Assembly: GCA_037481835.1 (NCBI GenBank)
Contig: JBBFKW010000003.1
Location: 96,001-160,000, forward strand
Direction of reading: 5' to 3'
Length of the DNA: 64,000 nucleotides
Source: Desulfosoma sp.
GTDB taxonomy: Bacteria > Desulfobacterota > Syntrophobacteria > Syntrophobacterales > DSM-9756
This document shows positions 62,248-64,000 of this stretch, one piece after another. A model generated the notes under the pieces. That model made no database searches. It saw only the letters and a list, made by a program, of their open reading frames with translations, and was not told where the DNA came from. Within the stretch, counting starts at the first letter, position 1. Every line of letters starts with the position of its first letter. A program made the translations under genes and the position numbers.

Positions 62248-64000
62248 GGGGTGTCGTCGGTTTCTCGCAGGTTGAACAGGAGCTTCCAGCGGCGTTGCGG
62301 GTCGTCCCGATGGACGCACCACAGTTCCAAAACCCCGGTTTCCGTAAAAGCGGCTTCCAAACGCACGGGAACCAGGGTGCCTCCCCCTTCGTTTTCCGTG
62401 GGGGTGAGCGTCGTTTCCATGGTGACGACTTCGGTGATTTCGCCCGTCCAGTCTTCCACCACCTCGCCCGGGGCGTCGTCCTTACGGGTGGTGGAAGCCA
62501 AGAGCGGGAAGGCGGCGGGTTCCCCGACCACCAAGCCGAAGTCCCGTTCCCGGATCGTCAGGGTGCTTCCTTCTTCCAGCCCGAAGGGAATGACGCACAA
62601 GGCCTTGACCGGGGTGGGTACACCGGGCACGGCGGGCATGGCCGATTCGATCCCGATGTAATAGCTCCGGGCCGCTCCGGCCCGGATGCGCAGCCCAAAG
62701 CCGCGGCGCACCCGCCCGTAGGCCGCCGCTCCCTTGGCCACGGCCAGATCCAAATCTTCGGCGGCGAGCTCTCGGGGCGGTGCGTCGGGATACCATCGGG
62801 AGAGGATTTCGAGGACGCGGTCCCGCACGCTTTGCGGCTTCATGACGCCGCCGTTGAAGAGCACATGGGTCGGAGCGCGGGGTCCGTCCGTTTGTCGACC
62901 GTTCAGATGCCGCGCGAGGAAAGCGGCGAGATGGCGTGTCACCGCCGGGTCGGTCTCGAAGGGAAGACCCATCTCCCGGACCCCCACGCGGACGGTCCGC
63001 ACAGGCTGGGCATCGGGGGCACAAGCGGGGAAGAAGCCTTCCAGGAGTGTGGCTTCCAGTTCGCTTCGGGTGAGTTCCGTGCGGATCGTTGCGCCGATGA
63101 GCGATGTGCCTCGACCCAGAACGGTCAAAGGAACGCTTTCCAGCGCAGGGCGGCTCAGGAGCTTTTCCTTGGCCCGCCGGCACTGGTGCCATAAGCCTCG
63201 AAATTGCCAGGCGTCCAGAGAAGTGCCCGATGCGGCCAGCTTGGCCCGCACGGCGTGGGCCAGGGCCAGGTCCATGTTGTCCCCGCCCAGGAGCAAGTGG
63301 TTTCCCACGGCGATGCGCCGCAGGCTCAAGGCGCCGTCTTCGTCGATGACTTCGATGAGGCTGAAGTCCGTGGTGCCGCCCCCCACGTCGCACACGAGCA
63401 CCACATCGCCCACGTGGAGGATCTCACGCCATGCGTCCCCCTGCTGGGCCAGCCAGGCATACACGGCGGCCTGGGGTTCTTCCAGCAAGGTGAGCCGCTC
63501 CAGGCCGGCGTCCCGAGCCGCCTGGACCGTGAGTTCCCGAGCCACGGCGTCGAAGGATGCGGGCACGGTGAGGTACACGTCTTGATGTTCCAGCCGTTTC
63601 GCCTCATCGGTTCGGGCGATCATGTGGTTCCAGGCGTCCTTGAGATGACGCAGGTAGAGGGTGGAGGCTTCCACGGGGGACACCGTGCGCACGTCTTTGG
63701 GGGCATCCCAAGGGAGGATGGGGGCCGTGCGGTCCACCCCGGCATGGCACAGCCAGGATTTGGCCGACGCCACGAGCCGGTTGGGGATTTCCGCGCCCCG
63801 TTCCCGGGCGAATTCCCCGACGACCCAGCCGGGATCGTCCGTCCAGGGCAGGGCCAGGCTGCCCGGCGGCACATCGTGGGGTCCCGGCAGGAACAGGAAA
63901 GAGGGCAGAAGGGGCCGAGGCTTCACTTCTCCCGGAGCCACCACCTGAGGGACGGGGACAATGGCGATGTCCGCCTCCGATCCTTCGGCTCCGTCCATGG
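62244..64000 (-). CDS. Hsp70-like protein (5' end outside the window)
   Basis: SAKSWLCH, LTVPASFD, DVGGGTTDF and LFNGG motifs; stop overlaps the next ATG. Confidence 0.88.
   Translation of the reverse strand, partial: MDGAEGSEADIAIVPVPQVVAPGEVKPRPLLPSFLFLPGPHDVPPGSLALPWTDDPGWVVGEFARERGAEIPNRLVASAKSWLCHAGVDRTAPILPWDAPKDVRTVSPVEASTLYLRHLKDAWNHMIARTDEAKRLEHQDVYLTVPASFDAVARELTVQAARDAGLERLTLLEEPQAAVYAWLAQQGDAWREILHVGDVVLVCDVGGGTTDFSLIEVIDEDGALSLRRIAVGNHLLLGGDNMDLALAHAVRAKLAASGTSLDAWQFRGLWHQCRRAKEKLLSRPALESVPLTVLGRGTSLIGATIRTELTRSELEATLLEGFFPACAPDAQPVRTVRVGVREMGLPFETDPAVTRHLAAFLARHLNGRQTDGPRAPTHVLFNGGVMKPQSVRDRVLEILSRWYPDAPPRELAAEDLDLAVAKGAAAYGRVRRGFGLRIRAGAARSYYIGIESAMPAVPGVPTPVKALCVIPFGLEEGSTLTIRERDFGLVVGEPAAFPLLASTTRKDDAPGEVVEDWTGEITEVVTMETTLTPTENEGGGTLVPVRLEAAFTETGVLELWCVHRDDPQRRWKLLFNLRETDDTP

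Overview
GC-rich chromosomal backbone with no phage, integrase, transposase or cas genes. Gene content and style suggest a Desulfobacterota (deltaproteobacterial, Syntrophobacterales-like) genome; this is inference. Housekeeping genes: ROK glucokinase, moaA, fbp-tsaD-rsmA, panC-panD-DUF502-metK-ahcY-mltA, rnd, smr, ade, miaB, tRNA-Val(GAC)-thrS-infC-rpmI-rplT-pheS-pheT, mntP-purL-purQ-purN. Less characterised modules: a degenerate SF2 helicase and a degenerate ATP-grasp protein, an M16 peptidase, a YcaO-TPR protein, a KaiC-like ATPase with receiver/histidine-kinase genes, a NitT/TauT ABC transporter and tandem Hsp70-like genes. The strongest hidden signal is an ORF missing from the ORF track (718..1005). 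It has an in-frame TGA in a U-x-x-C motif, a SECIS-like hairpin, and a stop overlapping the start of a kinase-like hypothetical gene, making it a candidate selenoprotein. Also present: a family of MITEs with CTAG target duplications that sit on TAG stop codons and carry interchangeable REP-type cargo, a pan RNA motif with a terminator ahead of panC, and a probable CUG start for infC.
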